A DNA stretch of 63,063 bases, filler included, from Rhabdomonas costata (GCA_019059605.1; 36 parts of 36 records of this genome joined end to end with filler, not necessarily neighbours in it); one strand, 5' to 3'; counted from the first letter of the whole stretch, positions 25,604 through 38,517 are shown. Translations and numbers: made by a program. The notes: a model not told the origin generated them from the letters alone.

Positions 25604-25755
25604 CTGGGGGAGGGTCTGCCCAACCGCCAGGAAGACCTTTGCCGCGCCGATGTAGTCCTTTTCCCGCACCAACCGCACGCCCTCCTCCCACTGTCCCTCG
25701 CTGGAGGGGGGCTCGCTGCCGCCTTGCACAGGGGGCTCTGCTTCGACCTCTCCAT
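25604..25755 (-). CDS. Isolated exon with a TPR-like helix, not ETF-QO sequence
   Basis: AG/GT-bounded GC-rich exon encoding ..QWEEGVRLVREKDYIGAAKVFLAVGQTLPQ. Confidence 0.4.
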
Positions 25756-28145
25756 CTTGGGGGCAGAAGTGGGGCAAATCCTGGGGAGCGTCCAGCTGAG
25801 CGTACCTCCGCACCCGCGCAGGGGCCTGGTAGCCTGGCCACAGACATCCCCCGAAATAAAGCATCAGTGTAGGTACCACAGGGCTGGCCGAAGCAGGTCT
25901 GTAATCTTTTGAATACACAGCAGGCCTCCCGAAACGCTGCGTGGCCCGTCCTTTGGGGCATAATTTCCTGACCTTCCCCCAAGGCCTTTGTGCCGCTTCA
26001 TGCCCCGCGCAGCTTCGTGGAAAAATTGACTTAGGCGGCAAAATGGCAGACGCACTCAGACATCTGAGGAGGTCTTGGGAGATCTGTAGAGTATGTGCGT
26101 GAGCACGGCAAGACAGGGGAGATAAGCGTGGAAATTATGGTGACAGGAAAGGGGAAGGGGTGAACTTCATCGCAAATGACATTTACCAACACTCACCATC
26201 GCCCAGCCTCCCACACCACTCACTCAGGGTGGNNNNNNNNNNNNNNNNNNNNNNNNNNNNNNNNNNNNNNNNNNNNTTAATTAATTAANNNNNNNNNNNN
26301 NNNNNNNNNNNNNNNNNNNNNNNNNNNNNNNNGTTGTTTTCAAATACAGAGCTGAATGCTAAGAAACGAAGTGATGTGAGGCAGGCAGGAGAGCTGGTCC
26401 GACATTCAGAAGGATACATTCGCATCGAAAGTTTCCAGAAAGCTGTAAGATTAGAGTCATCCTCTTAAGGCAATTGACGACAGATATAATTACATCATCA
26501 CATGTGTGGTTCTTCGTCCCGCCACAGCGGCAAAAGGTGGTAAAAACAATAGCGGGGGGATCGAACTCACCTATTTGTCCAGTAAGCAAAGGATATGAAG
26601 CACGTAAAAACATGAGCATTCCAAGGTCAAAAGATAAAATCAACACTTAAGCCAGCCATTGGGAAAGAAAGAACGGGACCTGAGTTTCGAAAGTAGAGGC
26701 CGGCGAGGTAAGACGCAGGCGCGCACAACAAATCGAAACCAAATGAGCCGAAAGTTGAGGCAAACTGCTCATAGCGAACACCGGTACGAGAACACAAGAC
26801 CGGGAGCAATACATCAAGTTCCATTATGAGCCAGGTACTTAACAAAAAGGTTGACGAAACCAAATCTGGTGGCGTGAAGACAACACCACACAAATCATAT
26901 GCTATCATAGCAATGACAATCACATCCTGGGAGGCGCGCGCAACCACACGGCCACACAAAGACACAGCAAAAGCAACATACAAAAAACGAACCATGCAGC
27001 GAAATGTGCAAACACTTGATGTCCGATCGGCCCCTCACCCACGGGTGTTCTCAAGGTACCACAGCCCCTCAGATGCAACCGAGAAACCGAGTTCCAGCCA
27101 GGAAACTAGCTGGCTTGCCCAGGGTCTGTGCTGTTGTAGGAGGACGGGCTTACCGGTCTGCTGGCTTCGTCCTTCACAAAAAGTTTGGCAATCTCGGGCG
27201 AGGCATCACACTGTTTGTTTTCATTGAAAAAAAATGCGGCTCAAATGGAGGTATCTCCAAATTACACACAAAAAAAAGCAAGAAAGCAATGTAAAGCGAA
27301 CCACCGAAAGCGAACCCCCAGGAGAGCTTTGGGATTGGATGACTGCAATAGTGTGTATCTTTAGCATCTTGAGAAAATGTTTCAACCGCAATCTGACTCC
27401 AACTTCTTGAAGAGGAATCACAGGGAAATCCAAACAATAACTTTCCCTTGAAATTAAATGCAAAATTGCCTACCGGAAGTATAGGGGGCGTTGCAGGTCC
27501 TAAATAAACCACGACAACCGCGCTGCGGCATATGCACGTTGTGCAGCGCACACCACAAATAGCTGACTCCGCGTTAATTCCTTCACCGTGATGCGAAGCC
27601 AAAGAAGACTTGGAACAAGCACAGCTGGAAGAAGCCCATCGACCAGTAAAAAAACACCGAAATTACGGGTCCTAATGTGCCGGGCTGTGCGAATGGCCCC
27701 CAAGCGGAGAGATAACCTGGCCGGGGGTCTGCGTCTGTGAGTACAAAGACGAACCTTCCTTATCAGCGTGTCGATGGCAGCCGGGGTCGAGGCGATCAAC
27801 ACGTCCAGTGCCCCACCGAGCAGAGATCCCTGCGAAAAAACAGCAACGAAGGACCAACAAATCCCTCCATGTGTGTTGAAACAGATTCGCTCTTTGCCAT
27901 CTGCTGTGTGCATAAAGAATTCACTTAGCATCTGGAGAGGCTGCTACAAATCAGCAGAAGCAGCAGCAACCACCACAAAACAGACGTNNNNNNNNNNNNN
28001 NNNNNNNNNNNNNNNNNNNNNNNNNNNNNNNTTAATTAATTAANNNNNNNNNNNNNNNNNNNNNNNNNNNNNNNNNNNNNNNNNNNNGTTGTGGTGGCTG
28101 GAGACGGGAAGAAGTTGTCCGTTACGAAGGGAAGCAAGGCGCTAC

Positions 28146-29499
28146 CGTTGCCAAGACGGAAGTATCGGAGGCGGTCCATCGGATGAAGCTTAGGGTGTGG
28201 TTCAGCGCGGCGCAGCCCGCCGCGGAGGTCCACAGGTCCTTCCTGACGACGAAGGTGGAGAAGGCGACGATGGGGTAGCTCTTCTCCCTCCCGCAGTCCA
28301 GGATGTCTGGGAATCGGGTCACAGCGAGAAGAGTTCGAGCCAAAAGAAAAACAAGAGAAGCTAAACAAGCATCAGCGGAATCACAAAAGGAAGTCCTTTT
28401 CCCGCTCCACCATTTGAGTGAACCAACCCACCTCACATATGGTACGCCACACCATATCATATACCAGTTGTTCATAGTCCAGCAGCGGAATGAGGAGAAA
28501 GCACCGCATCGCCTCACAGGGCTACTTGGACCAAAAGCACTACCTCACCATGCAACACTGTCCATCCCACTTCTTCTGCCTCTCCTCTCCTCGTGACTCC
28601 AGGGAAAGAGCGTGCGCATATTGGTGGAAGGATCTTTACTTGCAAGAAAACAAACACAATGACAGCGTAAAAGAGAAAAGGAAGAAAACGTAAAATTCTA
28701 ACACAACCGCTTTGGAAGTTTTCATCGAAGGTGGCGGTCAGCGCGGCGTCGTTCACGGCCTCCAAGGAAGGAACCATAAAGTTGCTGGTGAAACCGACAC
28801 TAAAACGATCAATGGGGAAGAAGGGGAGAGCAGGGGTGATTGCGCAACAAGCGGCGCCAAACGTCAGCGTTAAATATCTCAGGACTGCTGCTTTTTTCTC
28901 GGGATTGGTTTTTGACAGACAAAAAGGAAAAACACACCCGCGATTGTTGGGAATGGCAATGAGGTTCAGTGCACGAGAAATCGCCGTGGCACGGGGCACG
29001 AAGGACATCGTGTTGGGCGTGGTCTGCCAAAAGGCGCGGAGAGAAACAGGTGGCAATGCAAGCTCCGACCTGCCAGCCGCATTGTTGGTACCAAAAGGTC
29101 GTGGCTTGTGCACACAGGGGATATGATGGCGATGTGAGATCGATAATGAGGCTTGTAGCTGATTGAGCTCATGCTCCTCTTTAACCATCAATCATACACG
29201 AATCCACGGGCAGCCCCATTCCTGCGTCCACACTAATGCAGTCGGCGAACCAAACAACTTCTCATTGTAGTCACAAAACGACCACCCCGGGCGAATCCAT
29301 ATCAACACACACACACACACACACACACACCAGCAGCGTGGTGACTACGGCATCCCAAGAGGAGCCCTTCAGCAAGCGGCCCTGGCTTGCCCACGCCGCC
29401 GGCCACGAGGGGTTGCTGGACAAGTCCCCACCAGCTTGGGTCCAGTTCGAGCTGAACTTCGCCAGGGCCTGCTTGAACAACAGGGTGAGGGCACTGGAC
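28146..29499 (-). CDS. PstS-like (type 2 periplasmic-binding fold) phosphate-binding domain protein, 4 exons
   Basis: Exons 29499-29331, 29023-28938, 28799-28708 and 28306-28146 splice in frame: SSALTLLFKQALAKFSSNW..PSWP..TTPNTMSFV..IAIPNNRG..NFMVPSLEAV..DILDCGREKSYPIVAFSTFVVRK..CAAL..FIRW, matching PstS motif order. Confidence 0.8.
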
Positions 29500-30288
29500 C
29501 TGGGGGCGAGGGCAACGGGATAAAACTCCCCTGCACCCAATCACATTTGCTGCAGGAGGAAAATGCAAGAGCCTGAAGCAGCGGGAAGCAACAACACTCG
29601 CGTGGAGCTAAAATACACCCATCGCTTGGATCTTGCAACTTGGATATTGCAACCTGACGCGCGCGCGCGTGCGTGTTCGAGGTTCACTGTGTGTGTGTGT
29701 GTGTGTGTGAAAACAATAGCCCCAAACCCCCCCCAACCACACANNNNNNNNNNNNNNNNNNNNNNNNNNNNNNNNNNNNNNNNNNNNTTAATTAATTAAN
29801 NNNNNNNNNNNNNNNNNNNNNNNNNNNNNNNNNNNNNNNNNNNCATTTAAGGGCGCTTCGGCTTGCTTCTCTTGCGTCTCTTCCGGTATAATCAATACAT
29901 TTGTCTATACAGCACTAGAAAGCACCAAAAGCTCCACAAAGAACAAAGATCAACTCTAGCAATAGAACTTCGCGCCTAGTTGGATTGGTGTGCTCCACAA
30001 GAAGTGATCTTCGCTGTCCATGCGAGTTCCAGCTTCTTGTCACCCTGTCCCCACACATTGTTTGCAGCATATGCCAGCCAATTTCAGAAGAAAAGGGAGA
30101 ATGAGCCCCCGAACAAACAATTGAATATATTCGAGTTATTTTTGCGATGTTGCGCATCGCTCAAACGCAATTCTCCCGAGGTGAGCCGGACCACTGCAGA
30201 GCCAGAGCCAGTATCTGCGCCAATCTATCTTTCTCTTTTTTCTGTTTGCAGGGGAAAGCGCCTCAAAGCTCTTTTGTCCTCGCAAAGA

Positions 30289-30361
30289 ATGGATCAAGCA
30301 GCCCGCCAGCCGTGGGCTTGGCTTCTCCTTTGGGTTATAGTGCTCTTCGGGTCGACTCTAG
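30289..30361 (+). CDS. First coding exon with signal peptide or anchor
   Basis: MDQAARQPWAWLLLWVIVLFGSTL then a GT donor; a polypyrimidine tract + CAG lies just upstream, ending at 30251. Confidence 0.5.
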
Positions 30362-31847
30362 GTTTGTCATTCGCTTGGGTTTCTGGACGGAAACGGTGTA
30401 GCCGGGTTTAAGAACAAGATCTGTTATTCAAAATTAATAGTCGGCACGGTATGTAAATCTTTGCTGGCACACCGGCGTGCGGCCACCGGGACAAGTCCCT
30501 CCCCTTCCCAAACCACACCCACGCACGAACGAAAATATTTTAGGGACTTTTGTGGACTTTGGGCAAGTGACACTGCAAAAATTGCAGTTCGCCGCTGTGA
30601 ACGCTCAGAGCCGTCAGCTCGCCAGTTGCTCAAGGCGCAACTAAGGGTTAATTTTTGTGGGCACGCAGTGTTCCGGGATTTTAACACAATGTCATCGCCC
30701 TGCGCCACCGGACCCATTGAAATGGTAGGCCAGAGGCCACAACAACGTAAATGTTAATCGGCAGGACTCCAAATGACCGGCCATAGAGCAATAATAGATT
30801 TCTTGCAGGGGTTTAGGACGCCGTGCACGTGTCCGGGGGGGAGGGAGTCCCCCTGTGCTCTCTTTTGGTACCATCAATGTCACTGTTGTTACTGTTGGGC
30901 AGGCGCGTCTATGGTAGTGATATCTGGATGGACTCAACCATCGACAAATATTTTTGACCTACAAACTCGATTGCATAACGGATGAAAACCAATAGATAGG
31001 TATTTTAAAAGCTACCTTAGTTGGTAGGTTGCTTCCATAGCAGAGGGAGGTTTTATAGAGTATCTGGTTTAAAACATGATCTAGGAAGAAAACTGGAATT
31101 CCACAAAAGTTCAGTCTGATAACAAAAACATATAATCCACCTTCTGGATTGGACGTCACTTTTACGCCTTGATGTTCCATTTAAGTTAATTGTAACCACT
31201 CATATATATAAATTTGGTTTTAGGGCAAAAATTATGGATCCAAAATGTCCCCAAAGGGCTAAGTTGTAAACAAAAATAACAAGAAGGATGTACCAAGCCC
31301 ACTTTTGTCCGTGAGTTGCTCCGAACTTGTATGACATCGCTCTAATGACAGAATAGGTGTGCAGATTCGGCTGAACAGAATCAATGTACTGAACTGAAAC
31401 CGGAAATACACAGTTTACAACACTTTTTCAAGTACTAAACCTCGTTTACCGCAGCCAAAACAACCAAGAACCACACGACATTAGCACCACCACACAAANN
31501 NNNNNNNNNNNNNNNNNNNNNNNNNNNNNNNNNNNNNNNNNNTTAATTAATTAANNNNNNNNNNNNNNNNNNNNNNNNNNNNNNNNNNNNNNNNNNNNGT
31601 GTGGGGGGGGTGCCTGCCGTGAGCACCCGGGGCCAACAGCGGGTGCGCCCGTCAGCCCAGTGGTCACCAACAGTGGATCAGGCAACAGCCAGCGCGCGAC
31701 ACACACAAACACACTTACTGCAGAACCAAGGAAAGAGTTGTGATGTTGTTCACTCCCAACATCGGGTAAGGTGCATTTTTTGGGGGGGGATAATGGGGCG
31801 CATGCCTGATGACGATGACAGTGTTTTGCTCTCGGTCCTGGCCGCAG

Positions 31848-32729
31848 GCAAAGTGAAAGCGATGACACGTTTCGGTAAGCCATTGCATTCCCACGACCAC
31901 TATAGGTGCCCCACTCCACGCGGGCACTTTTGCGGGCCCGGGAATAATGCGCCTTCGCGCGGGCACACGACGGGCCCACATCATGGGGTCAGGGAGATGT
32001 TGTATAATCGAATACCGAGGAGATTTATCAGGCCCAAGATAAGTCAGTATGCAATTGCAGCCCCATTTTTCTTTCGCAGTATCTTGGTTGCAATGCAATC
32101 TCTCATTTCGAAGGTGGAGATGGTGGATCCCGGCCACCTGTGAATTCCTCCCAGGTACAACCGAACGTCACTAATAGTCGTAGAACAGAACGCAACACTA
32201 CTTTTTGGAATCAAGTCACGTGGGGACCAAAAAGAAAGAACAGAATTTGTCGACAGTGGGAAGTAATCGGGACCAGAAAGGGCTCACGCGACATGCAGGA
32301 AAAGTGTACAAGGGCTCGGGAAGAGGGTGCAGGGCGGGAGGCTTGAGAAGCGGAACATTTTGAAATCACTGGAACGGTTTTTATGTCACTGCTGATATAT
32401 TAGAGCAATGAATCCGTGCTGTGGTTCGAGGAATCCGGGAAATGGCTGAGTGTCCGCAGGGTTTCTCACCCACAATTATTCTGCAGGTTTCTGCCCGATC
32501 TAATGAAGCGGTTCAACCCGCTCTCCCAAGCCGAGCTTCTGGTGATGACGCTGCCCTGCGGCGGGCCCTTACAGCGCCACAACGCCAGCCTGCTGCTGTC
32601 CTATGTGATCTGCGGGCGGGCAATGTACGGGCGGAGGGAGACCCCCATCCTGAACCCCAGGCTGGTGCTCAGCACGGCGGTGCACCTCGCAGGGACGATC
32701 TTCTACCCCCTCACCAGGCCTCACACCGG
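31848..32729 (+). CDS. Hypothetical protein, 2 exons
   Basis: A 27-nt exon 31848-31874 (GTAAG donor) is phase-compatible with GC-rich exon 32487-32729 (FLPDLMKRFNPLSQAELL..TIFYPLTRPHT). Confidence 0.55.
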
Positions 32730-33353
32730 GTGTGTGCATGTGTGGGGCGCGGGATTGGGCATGTCGATGGCCTCGGCGTTGAGACTGCCGGTGCTAAGCC
32801 ATTGTTACCCTCGTTACCCTCGTTACTGTGGCATACCACGGTTTCCAACCTCGGCCTTGGATTGGGGATGCTAAGCCTGTGCCCCGATAGTGAGGGGAAA
32901 AGTGGGGACGTGTTTACAGAAAATGAATGAAGCGCTGATAGGTTGTCCAACCCAAGGACTTGAAATATTCTGCATCCCCCTCCCCCTTTGAAAATAGGGA
33001 ATGGTTCCCCGGCTCAGCAGCCTACTCCATTCACCCCGGGCGGTGGCCTTCTTTGACTGGAGTATGTCTCTAGTGCTCCACAAAGCCCACCCAAAAAGGA
33101 CGAAGCTGAATGCTCCCCCACTCTTTTTCTGTCCAAAAAACAAAAACCTTGTGTGTTTTCGACATACGAAGTCAAAAATATCAACTTTTTCCTAGTCTTA
33201 CCAACTAACCTTCGAGTCCTTTGTCCGGACCACCTAAGAATAGCCAAAAAAACNNNNNNNNNNNNNNNNNNNNNNNNNNNNNNNNNNNNNNNNNNNNTTA
33301 ATTAATTAANNNNNNNNNNNNNNNNNNNNNNNNNNNNNNNNNNNNNNNNNNNN

Positions 33354-33619
33354 CCATTGCTTCTCGGTATGACCTGCGGCCCTACCCAAAGAAGAATCGT
33401 GCTTTTGGTGCGAAAGATGCCAAGGCGAGCTCTTGGGAGATGGTCGTGCAGCAGGACGGCGCGATGGTCGTGGTGAATGGTCCGACGACGGACCAGCAGC
33501 CTCCCTTCCGATGGTCGCAATACCCGAACTTGATTCACCCTGGGCAGCCCGAGGTATTCGACTTCGACTGGGTGCGCTTTGACTTCAACAGCAGCCTGAG
33601 CGACGCCCGCGAAATGTAA
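33354..33619 (+). CDS. Phospholipase B-like protein (PLBD family), last exon
   Basis: IASRYDL..AFGAKDAK..VNGPTTDQQPPFRWSQY..HPGQPEVFDFDW..*, the typical Phospholip_B C-terminus. Not listed in the ORF track. Confidence 0.9.
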
Positions 33620-34504
33620 GCAGTGGGGTAGCTAATGCATCCCACTTCCTCCCCCTCACACGTACACACAAACGTAGCAGAGAAGGAATGGCAGCGGCAA
33701 TTCCGAACTGTCTACTTTAACTTTGTTTTGTGTTGTGTTGTGCCTGGACGCTTAGAAAGGGTCCAGGCTTCGATTTTGGGAGGTTGGAAGCCAGCACGGT
33801 CCCACGGGTGGATTTCGCTCCGCTGCATGGGCGCCTTGTCTTTCCTGTCAGGCATTTTCACAGCCTCCCGAATTTCTCCCACCTCAACGGAGCTTTCTGA
33901 TTCTCAGCCTGCTCTCCACTACCTGTTTTTATGCCTGCTTGCCACACTCTGCTGCATGAGGTAGCAGGATTTTGCCACTTGTTTTGGTTGGAGGGATGTT
34001 TGGGCCCCTTTACGCGTTCCCTATAAGTTGGCAACGCGCCAATTCCGGGAATGTCATGTTCCCCAAAAAAAAAAAAAGCAATGCTTTGTTATCAGCACTT
34101 TTTAAAACTCCGTTCCAAGAACAGGACCCTGGCTGCGCACGTAGTAAGGCTGATGGGCGGTGCGGCTATCCTCAAATAGCCTTCCCTATGATCGGTTCTT
34201 GGTGGTTGGCGTGGGGTCTTCCCTTTCCCTAAGACAGAGGCTGTTGTGCGGATGGGGATTTGCTGGTCTGCGATTACCGAGAATTTTCACCGCAGTTCTC
34301 TGCGTTTGGTCATATCAAAGGTAGAATCTCACGTAGTCCAGAAATGTAAACCGGTTCTCCGCCATGAAATTCATCAGCTGCCGCTCTGTCACTTTCTTTT
34401 CAATGCATGCTTGTCCTAAAAGGATAACTTTGGCCAACTTAGGCAACTCGGGCATCGCCATGTTTCTCGATCGGGTTCCCTCCAACAGAAGGTTGTTTTT
34501 CGAA

Positions 34505-34685
34505 ATGAAATGCGCGGTGTTGCTGGCGGGTATCATGGTCCTGCTTGGTGCGACGACCGCCGCCCCCGTGGTGAAGTCCGTGATCCAGTCGGGCACCATT
34601 GTGCCGTCCGTTAAGGTTGTGGAGGGTCGCCAATCGAATGCCCTGGCATGGGGCTCCTACGACGATGATACCATCCAGACCGAAG
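34505..34685 (+). CDS. Probable second phospholipase B-like gene, first exon
   Basis: Signal peptide MKCAVLLAGIMVLLGATTAA..ALAWGSYDDDTIQTEG then GT; resembles the PLBD N-terminal AxAWGxFxDxIxxTGW motif. Confidence 0.7.
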
Positions 34686-35599
34686 GTACGCCCACTCTTT
34701 TAGGACCCGGTTGGTGTTACAGCAGTCCACTTTGCGATTCGACTTGAAGGCAAGCCTGTTCCACGACACCACCACATGCGGCAGCTGATGCATGCTGCCC
34801 GCTTTATGTGGCTTCCACCATCATTTCAGACGAGAAACATCGAAAGTGCACTTTCGGGTTAATAATTCCTGAGCTCGATCCCCGTTTCCCCCATTGGGTC
34901 AATGTTGACTTTTATGGTGGCTGGGTGCACCATTGTGAAACAACATGGACCACATGAGGAAAGAGGGACATATATGTTTCGCGCAGCAACCACGAAAAGG
35001 TCCGTTTGNNNNNNNNNNNNNNNNNNNNNNNNNNNNNNNNNNNNNNNNNNNNTTAATTAATTAANNNNNNNNNNNNNNNNNNNNNNNNNNNNNNNNNNNN
35101 NNNNNNNNTGTGGGTTTGGAAGGTTGCCCTCACTTCCAGCGTAGTGGCTTGCACCCAACTCTACGGGACCAGTGAGTGTCTTAGCAGGGATACACGCTCC
35201 ACCTTCCAGTCGTAATGAGGACAAGAAGAAGTACGCGCGAAGAACCAGCACCGACGTGACAGCAGAAATCCCGGCTAAGAGCTGAGAGGTTACAAGCTGG
35301 ACGACAGGATCGCCTCAACAGGTAACTCGCCTCTCAGTTCACGAAGCTCAGTGCAGTGCATCGTAGGTCATGTGGATCGGATACTACACCACCACAGACG
35401 TTCCTTTGCCCTTACCTCACTGCGTCCCCACCCCAGGCCCCCAGTTCATCCAGCTCAAGCAACGTCAACGTCCACAGCTACTGACAGATAGTGCCACCCA
35501 TGCCTCCCACATGGCTATCCCGTCCCACCTACACGTAACCTTCCCCAGGGACACACCCACATCCATCTCTCAGGAAATGCAGATAGCGTACACGCGGCC

Positions 35600-36763
35600 C
35601 TTTCGAGCAAGTCCCAACGTAGCATCACCATCCTTGTCTGAAGCGCAAGAGACCGTAACCCCTACCGAGAACCCATTCCGTAACCCCGAGCCCCGACAAA
35701 AGTGAAACCAACACAAGCAACGATTGGTGGTGGTGAGCGGAGAGGAAAACCGAGTCACTATTTCTGGTGTGAAGAGAGGGAATGGTTGAGCAAGACCGAG
35801 ACAGCACATCAAGAAGGTCCGGAGCACCGGGGAAGGCCAACGTACGGAATTCACCACCACAATCGCGAAAGTCCCAACGTAGCATCACCATCCTTGTCTG
35901 AAGCGCTAGAACCGTCACCCCTACCCATGACACGCGAACCCCGAACCCGAAACCGAAACCGAACCCGAACCCAGACCTAGAGACGCGAACCCGAAACCGA
36001 ATGCCGAATGCCGAACCCTGCCTACTAAATACGGCTACCTCGTCGCTGGAATAGGCGTTCCACCCCCTAAACCATGGGCATTGCCGTCATACTACTTGTG
36101 CCTGTGAGATCCCGAAGGACTTCATGAACCCCGAACCCAGAACCCAGAACCCAGAGACCTCCGAAGAGTGAAACCAAAGACCGAAGGCAAAGACCGAACC
36201 CCAACACCGAACTCCGAACCCACGACATCCTCAACTCGGGAACACGAATACCGACACCTGAAGACCAAAGGCAGAACCCAGAACTCAAACACCCAAACAC
36301 CCAAAGGCCAAAAAACCACCACCCCCCGAAACCCGAAACCTTAAATACCACACCCCGAATTCCCGACCCCCATACCCTAACCATACCCTAAGGATGATAC
36401 CTACACCCACTCCACCAACATGCACCTACATACCCTAGCGGAAATCTACGCCCCGGACCCACCTCCATACCCTCGGGATGATGATGCATACAAGACCAGC
36501 TACCTGCATAGAGGGACCCTAGAGACCAAAATACCCACCAAGAGGATGAAGAAGGATGCCTGCACCTACGGTGCCCCTCTGATACCCCAAGACTCACTAA
36601 GTATGCCTTCGTGATTCTTGGGGCCCCCTGGGACTCTGATGGTCGTATACTCGCATACGCTCGTATACTCCCTAAATGTAGAACCCCTGAAGAGAGAACC
36701 CGAAGACCCAAAGGCCAAAAAACCACCACCCCTCGAAACCCGAAACCTTAAACACCCCCACAC
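35600..36763. repeat. Strand-asymmetric C/A-rich degenerate satellite (CCGAAC/CCGAAA/CCCTAA variants) with internal direct repeats
   Basis: 38-bp identical repeat at 35609-35646 and 35869-35906; 47-bp repeat with one mismatch at 36299-36345 and 36706-36752. Confidence 0.75.
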
Positions 36764-37453
36764 NNNNNNNNNNNNNNNNNNNNNNNNNNNNNNNNNNNNN
36801 NNNNNNNTTAATTAATTAANNNNNNNNNNNNNNNNNNNNNNNNNNNNNNNNNNNNNNNNNNNNAGCGTCTGAAGGGGAGTCGTACACAATTCACTATAGC
36901 CAAGTTGGGAAGGTAAACGTCGTCGCAAACTCGGACTTCAGGGAGCGCCTTCACAATCTGCAGGTTTATCGAACAAGAGCATGAACATACGCAAAGTACC
37001 AGCAGAACAAAAGCCGAAAAATCATCGGTTGTACTTAAAGCCTGAAAGCTCCCAAGAAGCACCTCGAAAGCAACCTGCAATTACTCTTTATGCTATTTGC
37101 CTCAGATTATCGGGATATAAGAATGTTTTCAGCTGATGCTGCTTTATGCAAAGCACTGTTGCGGAGTTCGATACGCGGGGGTCCGAGTCGGAGAATCAAG
37201 AAGCAACAAAAAGCGATCACCCTTCTCCGCGGACCTCGTGTATCCTCTGCTGCAAAGCCCAACCCTCCTGCCGATGTCAGCCTCTTTTTCATACGAGGAA
37301 ACGGTGCCGGATCACTCGACTTCCCTGTCCAAAGCCGCCCCTTCTCTTCTCACTCGCCAATCCCGAGAAGCAGCCAGCGCATGAAAGCAACATGAAAACA
37401 ACTGCGGGCCAATGTGAAACTCAGAATAGCGCTGGAGTTCAACTGACTGCATG

Positions 37454-38517
37454 TCACACCTGTACTGGGGCCCAGTCTGGGCGAGCAGCAGCCGCGGGTA
37501 CCAGCAGGGCCTCGCGCATCTCCCGGGGCACGTCTGCGTTCCCGCAGAGGGTGAGCTCCCGCAGCCCCTGACCGCGGACAGCAAAAACTCCGCTCAAGCG
37601 GGCCGTCGCGGCATCGCTCTGGGGCGGTGCCTTGTGAAGCGAAGCTTGCAGGAGTTGTTCCAGCGCACGGCGGGTGAGGTGGCAGTGGGAGAGGTCCACG
37701 GAGGTCAGCGCGGACTCGGCTGTGGCGGCTCGCTCAAGGCTCTGGCACAGCGCTGACACCGCGCTCTCCGGGATTCCACACCTAAGGATGCAGCAATCAA
37801 GGTACTGTGGGAGAAGCTCATGAGCGAATTCAGGTACTACGCGAACATTGCAACGAACCGTTAGCTAACCAGATTTTCTCGTGCAACGGCTTGCTGAAAC
37901 TAGCCCCCCTCAGTTTCATCGGGAGATTTATGAATCCTTCCACCGCGATCTTCCCAAAGGTGTAATTTACAACATGCATTCTCCTCCATTTGGGGAGAGG
38001 AAGCACTGGCCCACCCACCACCACGAGACGTATCAGTGATGAGCCGAGCACGTGAAATTAAAAAGAAAAAAATTTGGTCCTTGTTTAAGCCACGAAACCC
38101 TTCTGACGTCTTCTATGGTACTATAATGAAAACTCAATGTACAGTATGGCCGACTCTCAAGGGGTGCGGGGGGGGATGACCCTCTAAAACAGAATGCGTA
38201 ATCGAGATGAGTACGAAAGGATCGACCTAAGGCTCAGGTGAGTGACGGTAAAGGACTGGTCCACCGCGGTGCACAGCGCGGCAACCGCGGGTACGGTTGC
38301 GCTGGCCGCGCGGAGCGAGAGGCGAGTGAGCTCCGGGTCCTGGGCCACGGCGCTTGCCAGGGCGAGGGCCTCGAGCTCACCGAGTTCAGCCTCTCCGAAG
38401 TTCACCAACGAGAGCATCGGAAGCCTCAGGGCAATCGTCTGGCACACCAATCGGCGCTCCACCTCAGCTGAGGGAAGATCCATGAGAGAAAGTGTGTTCA
38501 GCGCACGACCCGCTGTC
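37454..38517 (-). CDS. Leucine-rich repeat (RI-like) protein fragment
   Basis: Exons 38517-38227 and 37781 to about 37454: LTRLSLRAAS..VTHLSLRCGI..LTSVDLSHCHL..LRELTLCGN (LxxLxLxxN/C repeats). Confidence 0.8.

Noticed and set aside
26550..26575. T-loop-like GTTCGATCCC on the minus strand
   Set aside because: No paired T-stem, A-box or cloverleaf; not a tRNA.
27058..27829. Two possible exons, one reading DVLIASTP (DEAD-box motif Ib-like)
   Set aside because: The reading frame is ambiguous and no other helicase motif is present.
35281..35338. Imperfect stem-loop (GCTGAGAGG/CCTCTCAGT), possible ncRNA
   Set aside because: Short stem with no box or ribozyme motifs and no second copy.
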